From Epithemia pelagica (lineage: Eukaryota; Protista; Bacillariophyta), in NCBI GenBank assembly GCA_946965045.2, contig OX337230.1, positions 682,001-746,000 of the forward strand: a DNA stretch of 64,000 bases. Reading direction: 5' to 3'. Below the pieces are notes generated by a model. That model saw nothing but the letters and a program-made list of their open reading frames with translations, made no database searches and was not told the origin of the DNA. The position numbers and the translations under genes are program-made. This document shows positions 12,080-22,615 of this stretch, one piece after another; the first letter of the stretch is position 1; each line of letters opens with the position of its first letter.

Positions 12080-12862
12080 TGTTACAATTCTTTCTGAATC
12101 GTAGGGACATTGATGCTCGGTAGAGCAGACAATCAGGTAGGTCACCAACCGATACAAGCTTCTCAGGGTCAGAGAAGCAAGCAAGTCGAAGTCTATCAGA
12201 AGGATAGTCGGGACACAAAAGAGGATGTGATAAATGGTGATATTGTTAGATTGTGTGTTGATTACTACGATAGGTCTACGTGAAATGTTCGGTCCTGCCA
12301 AGGGTCATGTGTCATAGGTTCTTGGCGGCAACAGGTTTGGAATAGTTGGAGTTGATTCATGTGATGTATATGACATGTATATGTGGGCGGATAACATATA
12401 CAGGGTCAACAGCTCTTGCTTTGGGTTGGCATAGTTGTTTTCATGGCGCGCAGCTTGTTGACAATTTGGAGATTGTGGGAATGGAAATATGGTCTCGCGT
12501 GATCGTGTGTCGTGCTTGGGATACTTAGACCGTTGGATCGGATAGATGCCGATAGCGCTCGGATGTCGCTTGGGCGCGCTCGATGATTTCGGGCGCGTAC
12601 GCTTAGGGCGTTAGTATAATGTCCGAGCAACGGCCAAATTTATGTCCGTTGTAATACCGCACGACCCAGTTTAGTCTTGAGAGTGAGTTCGTCAATCTAT
12701 TCTCACTTTTCATGATTTGCGAAGAAATATAGGTCGATATAGCGCGAAGCTAGGAAACATAGCTCGAAGCTAGAGGGCATGATGCGATAGCACGAGGCTA
12801 TGTGACATGGGGAATCGATGAGATGTAGAATCTAACCACCATAGACGGTGAGAATTCTAACA
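12080..12862 (-). repeat. 3' LTR of copia copy 2
   Basis: 783 bp, TG...CA termini, no difference seen versus 19681-20463. Confidence 0.97.
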
Positions 12863-15800
12863 CTCCCCACAACTCGTCGTTTCAGCCTTGTCATCATTGG
12901 ATTTATTGAGATCTTGAACTTCTCCTTTCCAAAACAACAATGGCTTGAGCATGGGCCAAATAGATACGAAATCCCAATGTTTGCTAAGGATATCGGCAGG
13001 GTTGGTCTTTCCATCTTTCCAGTAGAATGCAACATACTTTGCTGCGATGGCTTCACGAACTCGGTGGTATGACAGAAGATGGTGTCTCTTGGATAGTATG
13101 GAGTGAGGAACGGTTGCATTGAGCACAACAGATCTGTTATCTCCGTACAAGTAACTTCGCTCTCGGATAGGTACTCCAAGGTAGCGGAGAGAATGTCGTA
13201 ATTCTGTAATCTGATCTATTGCTGTCCTTGCAGCCACAAACTCGGATCCATAGGTAGCAGTTTCCACCGTGCTCTGTCTCTTGCTGTACCAGTCAATAGG
13301 TGTTCCGTTCAACAAATGTAGAACAGCAGTGACGGATTTACCAGTGACTATGTCATGCATGAGATTGGCATCAACATAATGAGTTGTGGTAACATAGCGG
13401 CCAAGAGGTGTTGGGCAGTCTTCAGGAATACGTTCACTTGCATTCGAATAGACAGTGCGAGTCCAATCAAATTCTTGGGTAGGAAGACTTGAATAATCAG
13501 GCTCTCCAATCCTAAATCTGATTGCGCCTTCTGGGAGATGTGCAAGGTATCCATAGATACGCTTGGCTCTATCAAGATGTCCTTTCCTCGGAGCAGCACG
13601 AAAGCGTGATAGCGTCATTGTAGCGGTGAAGACGTCGAAACGACCAATAGTGATCACCCATTGGAGTTGTCCAATCAGAGTTTGGAAATGGCTAGTACCT
13701 TCTTCATCAAGGAGCTCAGAATCATCCAATTCAGGATGGTCTCCACCAATAAGAGGTGTTTTGGCTTTCTTGGGTTTCTCCTTGAAGATTCGTTCGAAAG
13801 TGTCCATCATCTTACCAATGTAGCGTCTTGGATCTGCTACGAATGTTCCATCAGAATCCTTGGTGTAACAACATCCCAAATGGAAATCAATAGGTCCATC
13901 TCCTTTGAGTTTGAAGTTGTATTTCTCCTTCAGGATCTTGCAGATATTCCCAGGATCAGTAGAAATAATGGCTAAGTCATCAACGTATACGGCAATGTAT
14001 TCGTAACAGTCTTCTCCAGGTGCTTTCCTCATCCAGATATCCGGATCTGCTTTGCTTGGTGAAAATCCCATGTCTGTCAAAACATCGAATAAGACATCAT
14101 GCCAGCGTGCGCCTGATGACTTCAATCCATAAAGTGCCTTGTATATAATCAGGATGTGACCTTCTAATTCCTTGAATTCAGGTCCTGCGACAATGAAAAT
14201 TTTCTCCCCTGTCAAGGCTTCCAGATATGCATTTCCAATATCTGCTCCCCATATTTCCAAGTCATTCAAAGTACCCAGGAATAAGGCAATGCGGAGGTTG
14301 CGAATGGAAACAACACCTGAATAGATTGTCTCAACAGGTTCTTTTGTGAGATGTCCATCTGCGACAAGTCTTGCTTTATGTCGTCCATCATGTTTTACGT
14401 CAAAGACAAGATGCACACGTATCTTATGATATCCTTCAGGTGCATTGGATACTTTCCCTTTAATGAAGATGGCTTTCCCAAAATCCTTGAATGTCTTGTA
14501 GGACTGGATCTGTGACAATTCTAATTCTGTTGCATCCTGCCACTTTGTGTTGCCATGTTGTTTATCAAGAGCAACAGCTTCCTCATAATTGCGTGGTACT
14601 TGAAATCCAAACTTATACTTGACGGAATGGTGAACTTGTTTAATCCTTGACTGTTTGGCTGCTCGAATGAGACGTTTGCTTGTTTTGACATAACGTTTCA
14701 AATGCTTCCATCCAGGTTCGTTGAGTAAACCATGTTTCTTTCCATAAATTGCTACAGTGATCGGATCATCATTGGCGATGAGTGATAAAGGTTCATAGGT
14801 AGTCTCCCCAGTTTCCCAATCAACAAGCAAATTATATTTGCTCCCCTTGTAATCTGGATCAGTTGTGTTCAGTGGGCCTTGATGGGCAATGACATCCCTG
14901 AACCTGAAAAGATTATCTCCAGAGGTTTGAGCTTGGTTATCTCGTTCGATATACTCCATGAGTTGATTATAGGATATCATCTCATCAACATCAGAATTTG
15001 TCTTTCGGTAAATGTACTTGACACGTTCTTCCTGTTTCGTTGCTTCTTCATTAAGATCAATGACTCGTTTGATGACACGTGCACGGTGTCGCTCCCCATT
15101 TTTTTCTGTGTCGCATAGGAATGTGCGTCCTATCATGTCGTCAAAATCGATCGTGGGCATTGGTTTGGATGGATCTTCACTATCACTGCGAATGAAGACA
15201 GTGTCAGCTTGCTTATCATTGTCATCCTTCTCAGACGAATCCTCCCCTGAAGGTCGATCCACACGTAGGTTAGGTGTAGTGGATTCAACACGGCGAACGG
15301 CAGAACGATAGATTATCTGGTTATCCTGGGTGAGAATTTTCCAAGTAAAAGAATCACCAACGTTGTGAGCAAAACCAACCCAGTGGCCAAGTTTCTCATC
15401 AGAAGAAGATGGATAGGAACCGGAATTGGGTTCAGCGGGGTCGACACGGTAGTAAACCTCATCCCAGAAAGGAAAGAACAAGAGATGAGTAATGTCGGGT
15501 GGGCGACCGGAGAGAGCCTCAAGAGGAGTGCGACCGGAGTGGGTGGGTGATGACGTATGGTTCAATAAGTCACAGACATACTCAAGGCAAAGAAGCCAGG
15601 TGTTGGCAGGGCAACCAGTGGCATTCATGAGAGCGTTGGTCATACGTTTAACGGTCTGATAACGGTTTTCAGCCTTATTCTGGTGTTGATGATAAGGTTC
15701 AGATCGATACTCCCCAATAAGCAAAGTGCGAAGAATGTCTTTGACCTTTTGAGAGATGAGAGATGAACCACCATCACTGATAAGGGTCTCCATGGCACCA

Positions 15801-18544
15801 CGAAACCGGATGTTATCCTGGAGAGTATTGACAAACTGTTTGGTCGACTTGATCCCATAGATATCAGTAACCAGAGTATCTCGACCAACAAAGATTTGTG
15901 CGACTTTACCGCCATGGTCAACAGCAGGGGTGTCGGAGAAAACCGAGTCAGTAGCAACGGGTTCATGACGTCGAGGTATATTAAGGACCGGATTGCGAGC
16001 CTTGAAATGTTTCTTGAGGGTGTCGTGGTCAAAAGTAATGCTACCATTACGTGTAGTGTGCTTGAACGTATCGGCAATAACATCTTCAGATTGCCAACCA
16101 AAGAATGGACGGAACTTCTTCCAGTCATATGCTTCCTGGTAACGACGGTGGACAGAGGCATGAAGTGTAGGATCATTACCTTCTGCGTCAGCATAGATAG
16201 AAAAGAAGGGTGCGTCGTCAGGTCCATGATCATATGGGAGATCCAAAAGGAGATTGAGGTTACAAACAACACGATCAGTGTACTCCCCATAGTTGTCATA
16301 TGGATGGTTCGACATACTACCATCAGTCTTGACGTGTTTCCAATCAGGATCATTGTCAGAGGGTGTGGGAGAATACGAATGGTCTAGAACACCAGGATCT
16401 CATGTGTCGGGTGACGTGAAGATGATCTGAGGTAAGGTATCCATGTCATCGTCGCTGGGGATACCCAAGGAGTGGATGTAGGCTAACCCATCCTTGATGT
16501 GAAGGGGTATGGCACGACCATCAAGTGTAGTGATGCGTTGTTTACCATCAACTTTAACAGATCGTTCATCAACAGCAAGTCCGAAATGCTCGAATTGACC
16601 AGGAGCATGGATAGATAAACCCTTCCCATAATAAGCATATTCATTGAAGATGCCGACAATAGGTCCGTCATTGGTCTCAAACTTTGCGGCACATGTGACG
16701 ACAGGAAGTCCAGTGAGTTCATGGTTATCAATACCCACAATAGTGATATGACGGCCAGTCTTAGAAAGGATGCGCATGTCAGAACCCGCAAGTCCTCCAT
16801 TAGCACCACGGTCAATCAATTGATTTCCTGGTAAAGTAGATTTCCTGGAAAACAGATAGCGTGGAACATGTCCTGCTTGTTTATGCATGTTGGCTTTGAA
16901 AGTAACCTTCTTGCTTGTCTTGGACTTGGCGTTAGAAAGAACACTAGTCAGGTCAGTTGCCGGGTGATTGATATCAGTCGTCATGGCTTGGTTGATAAAT
17001 TGTGTAACCGGATCTGAATCATCTGAATGCTCAGGGACTACGCCAGGTGAGTCGTCATCAGATGCAACTTGGTTGGGGTCAGGATCAGGTTCCGGATCAA
17101 TGTCGAGGGCATGTGTTTGCACTGTCCTCGGTGTTGTTGATGAAGGTGCTTGAATCATCTTGTTATACTCAATGATCAACTTGCGATCTTCTTCAGAAAG
17201 TTTGAACCATAGGTCACGCGGTAGACTAACCTTGGACGAAGAGGATGGAGATTCAGATGTCGCTTTGGTGTTGTGGACATGATACTCCATATCATCTTGT
17301 GAGGTTATGTCAGCATCTGTATCTTGGCCATATAGTGATTCATGTTGTTTGACATGTCGACGGCGACTATGAACAGATGACTGGGTTGCTTGATCATGGT
17401 CATAAGCTGCGTCTAGAAGGAGACGGAAGTATGATTGATAGCAAAGGGATTTTGCACCGGATTTGGTGTTCACCACATTATCCAAGATCTTGACTCGGCG
17501 GAGATCAGGTACCTTTTCTACAGCTTGCATGAGGAAGGTCATCCTGGTATGATCAGGGATGCGATCAGACAATGTCACTAAATTGTCTAGCAAACGTAGC
17601 TGCTCTTGAAAGTGTAGAAGAAATTGACGTGTTGTTCCGCGCCATGTGTCGTCAAGACGTAGATTGGAAATGTAGTTGGTTAAGCGGAGGACTTCTCGCT
17701 TTGCTAGGTCGGATTCGGTATGCAAAGAGTGTAACTTCTGCAATACGGCACGCGCATCTTCATCATGTTCATGTTCACGTACATAGGCTCGACCTTGGTC
17801 AGTCTGAATGATACGGACAAGAACGGAGTAAAGAAATACTTGTTGCTCTTGAAAAAGTTCTTCGGCATACTCATCATCATGGGGTGGTGTGTATTTGAAA
17901 TTCAGGACGTTGGATAGGCCTTGAGCCTTAGCTGTAGTCTTGAATACACGCCAGAATGAATCGTAGTATCGTTCATCCTTGAATACCTCGTATGCAGTTG
18001 CGTCGCGCTTAGTTCCCTTTCTGAATGCTGTAAGGTCTTGTTGAGATTGGGATGCGGCAGTAACTGTGCTGACAGATTTCACAGATGACGGTGACTTCAT
18101 TGGCGAGACTGGGACTTGACTAGGTGGTCCCTTAGAGAAATCTGTGTTGATCCTCCAAGTGTTGAACTCTTTCCTCGTTAGGTTCATCCAGTCGCTATTG
18201 GATAGCTCGTCTTGAATTTCATTGGTCTTGTATGTGGCCCAATAAGCCAAGAGCTTGATCTGCTGTCTTGTGGGGCCTTGTAGATCATGTGTCTGTTTGT
18301 TGACCTTGTATTGTGTCAGTTCCTTCATGGATTCCTTGGTATTAGTTTGCATATACGAGATAACATGGGTAATGTTCTCAAAACCATGGTATTTCATCCA
18401 CTTCATTAAGTAGTCGGCCCTTTCTTTGGTGAAGAATTGGCAGACAGTAAATATGATGTGGTCGAATAGGTCTGTGTCCGAGACATTGTCTTGGTTATCT
18501 TCTCCCTTAGGAGTCGTAGGTGTCTTGGGTGATTGAGGATCCAT
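12857..18544 (-). pseudogene. Copia gag-pol with one nonsense codon (TGG>TGA at 16400-16402)
   Basis: Track ORFs 16400-18544 and 12857-16315 are one frame; copy 1 has TGG (Trp) at the equivalent 2418-2420. Confidence 0.95.
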
Positions 18545-18864
18545 GGTGTTATTTGGTTGGTTCGATGTTTATTTAATGTGCGGTGTGATGTGGTTTATTT
18601 AATGTGTGATGTGATGTGAACCCGGATGTACCACGTGTGCCACGTATGTACCACGTATGTGATACCCGGATGTGTGTTGTGATGTGCGACTCCTGGGAAT
18701 TTCCGTTGATTTCGACAAATTTTCGCCGAGTTTCAACAAATTTTCGCCGAATTTTCGCGATTTGACGGGAATGTGTGGCGTGTTGTGCGACCAAGGGTAC
18801 CCGGATGTGCGTTGAGTTTAAGTCTTGGAAAGGTTTTGAGAGGACGGGAGTTAACTATGAGTAA

Positions 18865-19644
18865 TTAAGCTTCGGTCTCCGAATCCTCACCCTCTTCCGA
18901 ATGATCAGAGTCGCTTCCAGGCTCAGATGGGGCAGCACAAGCAACAGAAGAAGGGGAATCACCTTCAGCCAGGTGGTTCTCGACCTCGGCACGCAAAGGG
19001 TAGATAGTTGCACGATGGTCCTCGATGGTATGGACCTCGTAGATGTAGGCAACGTAGTTATCTAGGCGTACAACGTTAGGAGGCAGAGGGCAAGTCGTCG
19101 CGTTCACGACGTGGATGGTATTGTAGTATCCAGTTGGGCGCTCGAAGGTTAGGAAGCGGAGGTGGACAGTACGGATGGGGTTGCCCGAGAGGGCGGCAAA
19201 GATGAGGCGACGCCTCGGAGAACGATGAAGTTGGTCGTTCAGACGGTCAATGTCTTCTTGGTCGACGATGTGGGTCACCGATTGGAACTGGCGTTCGATC
19301 TGGGTCTCCCCACGGATGATCTCGGGATCGAAGGTCGAACAAGTTGGTTGGCGGAAGTACTTGATATGATCAGCAATCAACCGGGTGGTACGACGGGATC
19401 GAGAAGGGACGAGCCGACGAGGCGGACTCGGGGGCCGAAGCAACGGCGCAGGGATTGGAGCGTGAGGCTGGGTTGGAGTCTCGAATGGGTTGCTGTTGGA
19501 ACTGTCGACGGAGATGTTGACCGATGTGTTGGCTGCCTTCGGCGTCGGCACCAGTTCCTGCTGCACCAGGGTATCGGGCTGCCCGGGATGCAGGTTGGCT
19601 CGATAGATCTGTCGTACAGGAGTGATAATCTCGTTAGTATCCAT
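18865..19644 (-). CDS. Extra 259-aa ORF of the copia element between PBS and gag; function unknown
   Basis: ATG 36 nt after the 5' LTR, same strand as gag-pol; Pro-rich N-terminus, globular-looking core, acidic tail. Confidence 0.8.
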   Translation of the reverse strand: MDTNEIITPVRQIYRANLHPGQPDTLVQQELVPTPKAANTSVNISVDSSNSNPFETPTQPHAPIPAPLLRPPSPPRRLVPSRSRRTTRLIADHIKYFRQPTCSTFDPEIIRGETQIERQFQSVTHIVDQEDIDRLNDQLHRSPRRRLIFAALSGNPIRTVHLRFLTFERPTGYYNTIHVVNATTCPLPPNVVRLDNYVAYIYEVHTIEDHRATIYPLRAEVENHLAEGDSPSSVACAAPSEPGSDSDHSEEGEDSETEA

Positions 19645-19666
19645 GAAACCACAAGGAAATAAGCTT

Positions 19667-19680
19667 TGAGACTGTTAATC
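19667..19680 (-). promoter_or_regulatory. Primer-binding site complementary to a tRNA-Asn(GUU) anticodon arm (half-tRNA type)
   Basis: GATTAACAGTCTCA directly abuts the LTR end; its complement reads TGAGA-CT-GTT-AA-TC. Confidence 0.7.
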
Positions 19681-20463
19681 TGTTACAATTCTTTCTGAAT
19701 CGTAGGGACATTGATGCTCGGTAGAGCAGACAATCAGGTAGGTCACCAACCGATACAAGCTTCTCAGGGTCAGAGAAGCAAGCAAGTCGAAGTCTATCAG
19801 AAGGATAGTCGGGACACAAAAGAGGATGTGATAAATGGTGATATTGTTAGATTGTGTGTTGATTACTACGATAGGTCTACGTGAAATGTTCGGTCCTGCC
19901 AAGGGTCATGTGTCATAGGTTCTTGGCGGCAACAGGTTTGGAATAGTTGGAGTTGATTCATGTGATGTATATGACATGTATATGTGGGCGGATAACATAT
20001 ACAGGGTCAACAGCTCTTGCTTTGGGTTGGCATAGTTGTTTTCATGGCGCGCAGCTTGTTGACAATTTGGAGATTGTGGGAATGGAAATATGGTCTCGCG
20101 TGATCGTGTGTCGTGCTTGGGATACTTAGACCGTTGGATCGGATAGATGCCGATAGCGCTCGGATGTCGCTTGGGCGCGCTCGATGATTTCGGGCGCGTA
20201 CGCTTAGGGCGTTAGTATAATGTCCGAGCAACGGCCAAATTTATGTCCGTTGTAATACCGCACGACCCAGTTTAGTCTTGAGAGTGAGTTCGTCAATCTA
20301 TTCTCACTTTTCATGATTTGCGAAGAAATATAGGTCGATATAGCGCGAAGCTAGGAAACATAGCTCGAAGCTAGAGGGCATGATGCGATAGCACGAGGCT
20401 ATGTGACATGGGGAATCGATGAGATGTAGAATCTAACCACCATAGACGGTGAGAATTCTAACA
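19681..20463 (-). repeat. 5' LTR of copia copy 2
   Basis: 783 bp, TG...CA termini, followed on the + strand by the TSD GCTGA. Confidence 0.97.
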
Positions 20464-20805
20464 GCTGAATCGGTGGCTGTTTGGGGGATTGGGGCCCTTA
20501 CTCCGTAGCACGTTCGGCGAGTCGGGGTATCCGTTGGGTTCCGTGTTTTTGGCTGTCTCCGGGCTCTGGGTTTTACTATGGTGACGGGTTGAAAGGGGTG
20601 GGAGCTGCCGTTGTTTGTTTTGTTTGTTTTTTCGAAGACCGTGGAGAGATTCCATGGTCCATGTTGTGGCCGCCGTGCGTTGTAGGTGTTTCCAACCGAT
20701 GGGCGGGGGTGGATCGGCGTTTGGTTGGCAGTTGGGTCGTGGTTTGGCCATGGGAATCATGTTCTCAGCCGGAATGGCCCATGGCGGGTCCGCGTCGCGC
20801 CCCAT
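20464..20805 (-). pseudogene. CRE ORF1, 5' part (start codon uncertain; ATG at 20805 or 20760)
   Basis: Within track ORF 20458-21036; frame continuous with 12074 downward after removing the copia. Confidence 0.65.
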
Positions 20806-21159
20806 CGGCAGCGTGCCCTTGTCTTGCGGATACAGTTCGTTTGAAGGGATCGACTTGCGGCTCGCTTCGTTGATATCGTCCCTGGTGTAGTTCACTTCAC
20901 GGTTTTCGCTTTTTCGATACCAATTGGAAATTGGAACAACACTCTCAAAAAGAATGTGCAGAAGCAGAATGCAAAATGGATGCACCTCCGTGTTTTCCGC
21001 GATTGCCAATATTGCCCGCCTGCGCGCGGGACCCAATAAATGTATGCTATTGAATTGCGACTGGTTCGTTTTTAGATACTCCTAGTGTCTAGTCTACCTC
21101 CGGGTACCCTACGTAGAAAGCCTACCAGAAATTCAAATCTGGAACATAAAATTTTTTTG

Positions 21160-22260
21160 TAAAAAACCAATCCACAAGACGCTCAAAGAGATCAAAAGCC
21201 GGTTCCCGTCGTTGTCCTGGTTGAGGATCTCGATGTCCTATCACCGGTTCACCAACATCCGGGAGCATTTTCAAGGAGATCTCAACTCCAAGTTAAATGA
21301 CGGACTACGATCCTTGGATTTTGAAGATCTGGACTGTAACTGCCGGAACCGTGAAGCCTGCCCCTACGGAGGCTTCTGCAGACGTTCCATCGTGGTCTAC
21401 AAAGCCACCTGCCTCAAAACCGGCAAGCAGTACATTGGCAATACTCAACAACACGTAAAGAAAAGGATCCAACAACATGTCCAAGACGTGAAGCAACTGG
21501 TTCTCAAGAACAAGAGCTCTGATTCGTTTGCTAGCCACTTCGCCTGCTTCATTCCCAGAGAAACCGAGAAGAAGGAAATCAAGAACCACGTCCGACTCAA
21601 AGTGGACATACTTTGGCAAGACAAACCGCTTTCCACAGTAAAAACCTTTGGGACAAAGTCCTGCAAACTCTGCGCACGAGAACGATTGGAAATCCTCAAA
21701 TTCACGAGCAAACACCCCAACCTAGCAATCAACAAATGCAACGAAATCTACGGAGCATGCCGCCACAAACCGCGGTTTCACCGGTTCCCACCCAACAACA
21801 ACGCCCCCAGCACTGATGAGTCGACGAACGACGAAAGAGTCTTAGTCTGCCGCCCAGTGTCTACCTCGTCGTCCCAGTCAAACACCTCGTTTTTCTCGTG
21901 GACCTCCTCCCAGTCGCCTACCGCTCGACTTTCAACCTCAAATGATGACTTTGATCAAGGATTGGATGGGAGGAGCAGCAGTATCCTAGATACTGTGCCC
22001 CCCATGACCTCTACCAAGAACGACGGATCGAAGGACTCCGCGCTAGGTTCGGCTTCAGCACACCAAAGGACACGCCTCCAGTGGTGATCTATGGCGAAAA
22101 CGACCTAGAGGAACTAACCCCGACCGACCCCTTGACTACTGATGAGTTTGATACGAGCGACCAGGTGCGAGTGGAGGGAGTTTAGACTACACCAGGCCGG
22201 CGCGTTAGCGAACGAAAGTAGAATACTTCCGAAAACCTAGGTTGATAGATGGAAACTAAA
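21160..22260 (+). mobile_element. Penelope-like element 3' fragment (GIY-YIG endonuclease, no RT); boundaries approximate
   Basis: ORF 21212-22087: WLRISMSYHRF, CNC...CPYGGFCRRSIVVYKATC...YIGNTQQ...RIQQH, CKLCARERLEIL. Frame open from 21086 but no ATG-led 5' part; CTGATGA...GAAA motifs at the 3' end. Confidence 0.85.
21806..21855 (+). ncRNA. Candidate minimal hammerhead ribozyme core
   Basis: CTGATGA (21813-19), stem II GTCG/CGAC, GAAA (21833-36); stems I and III imperfect. Confidence 0.5.
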
Positions 22261-22615
22261 CTAACCTTCACACTCTTTGCTGTTTCGGTTTTCTGAACAT
22301 AAATTTTTCTTTAAAAAGTTTGGCCGATTTGACCACTGAACATATCAAAAAATTCCTCATATTCGATTTCCTGTAGAGAATTTTTACCCCAAGTCTTGAA
22401 AACCACTTTGAAAATTGAGTGATTTTCCGTTGCGTAGGAAAATGTACTGGGGTATACTTGTCCTCACCATGAGGACAGCGGTAGACTAGACACTAGCCAC
22501 ACAATTCTTCCAAACGCCCAAATCCAAATCCACCATGGCGAGATGAGACAAATGAGACGCATTGCCGCCCCGCATAAAGAAGAGTGTTTGCATTCTTGCA
22601 TCACCAGGTCGTACA

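Larger units (their letters stand above)
12080..20463 (-). mobile_element. Ty1/copia LTR retrotransposon (CoDi-type), copy 2, full length 8384 bp, 5-bp TSD GCTGA
   Basis: LTRs at 12080-12862 and 19681-20463; GCTGA at 12075-12079 and 20464-20468; PPT at 12863-12870; gag-pol and extra ORF inside. Confidence 0.98.

Noticed and set aside
276-18544. RIP/APOBEC-like hypermutation between the copia copies
   Set aside because: Differences inspected are mostly transitions but occur in both directions and at low density; not distinguishable from normal divergence by eye.
1-18819. Inverted duplication as an assembly artefact
   Set aside because: The copies differ at ~1% of sites, have different flanks, and copy 2 has its own TSD and LTR haplotype.
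18845-19680. True rRNA or tRNA genes at the H69-like and tRNA-Asn-like matches
   Set aside because: Only 14-16-nt matches inside a retroelement; no surrounding cloverleaf or rRNA sequence.
21120-22458. Possible TIRs or direct repeats around the Penelope fragment (GAACATAAA.TTTTT similarity at ~21141 and ~22295)
   Set aside because: Short, AT-rich and imperfect; no TSD found.
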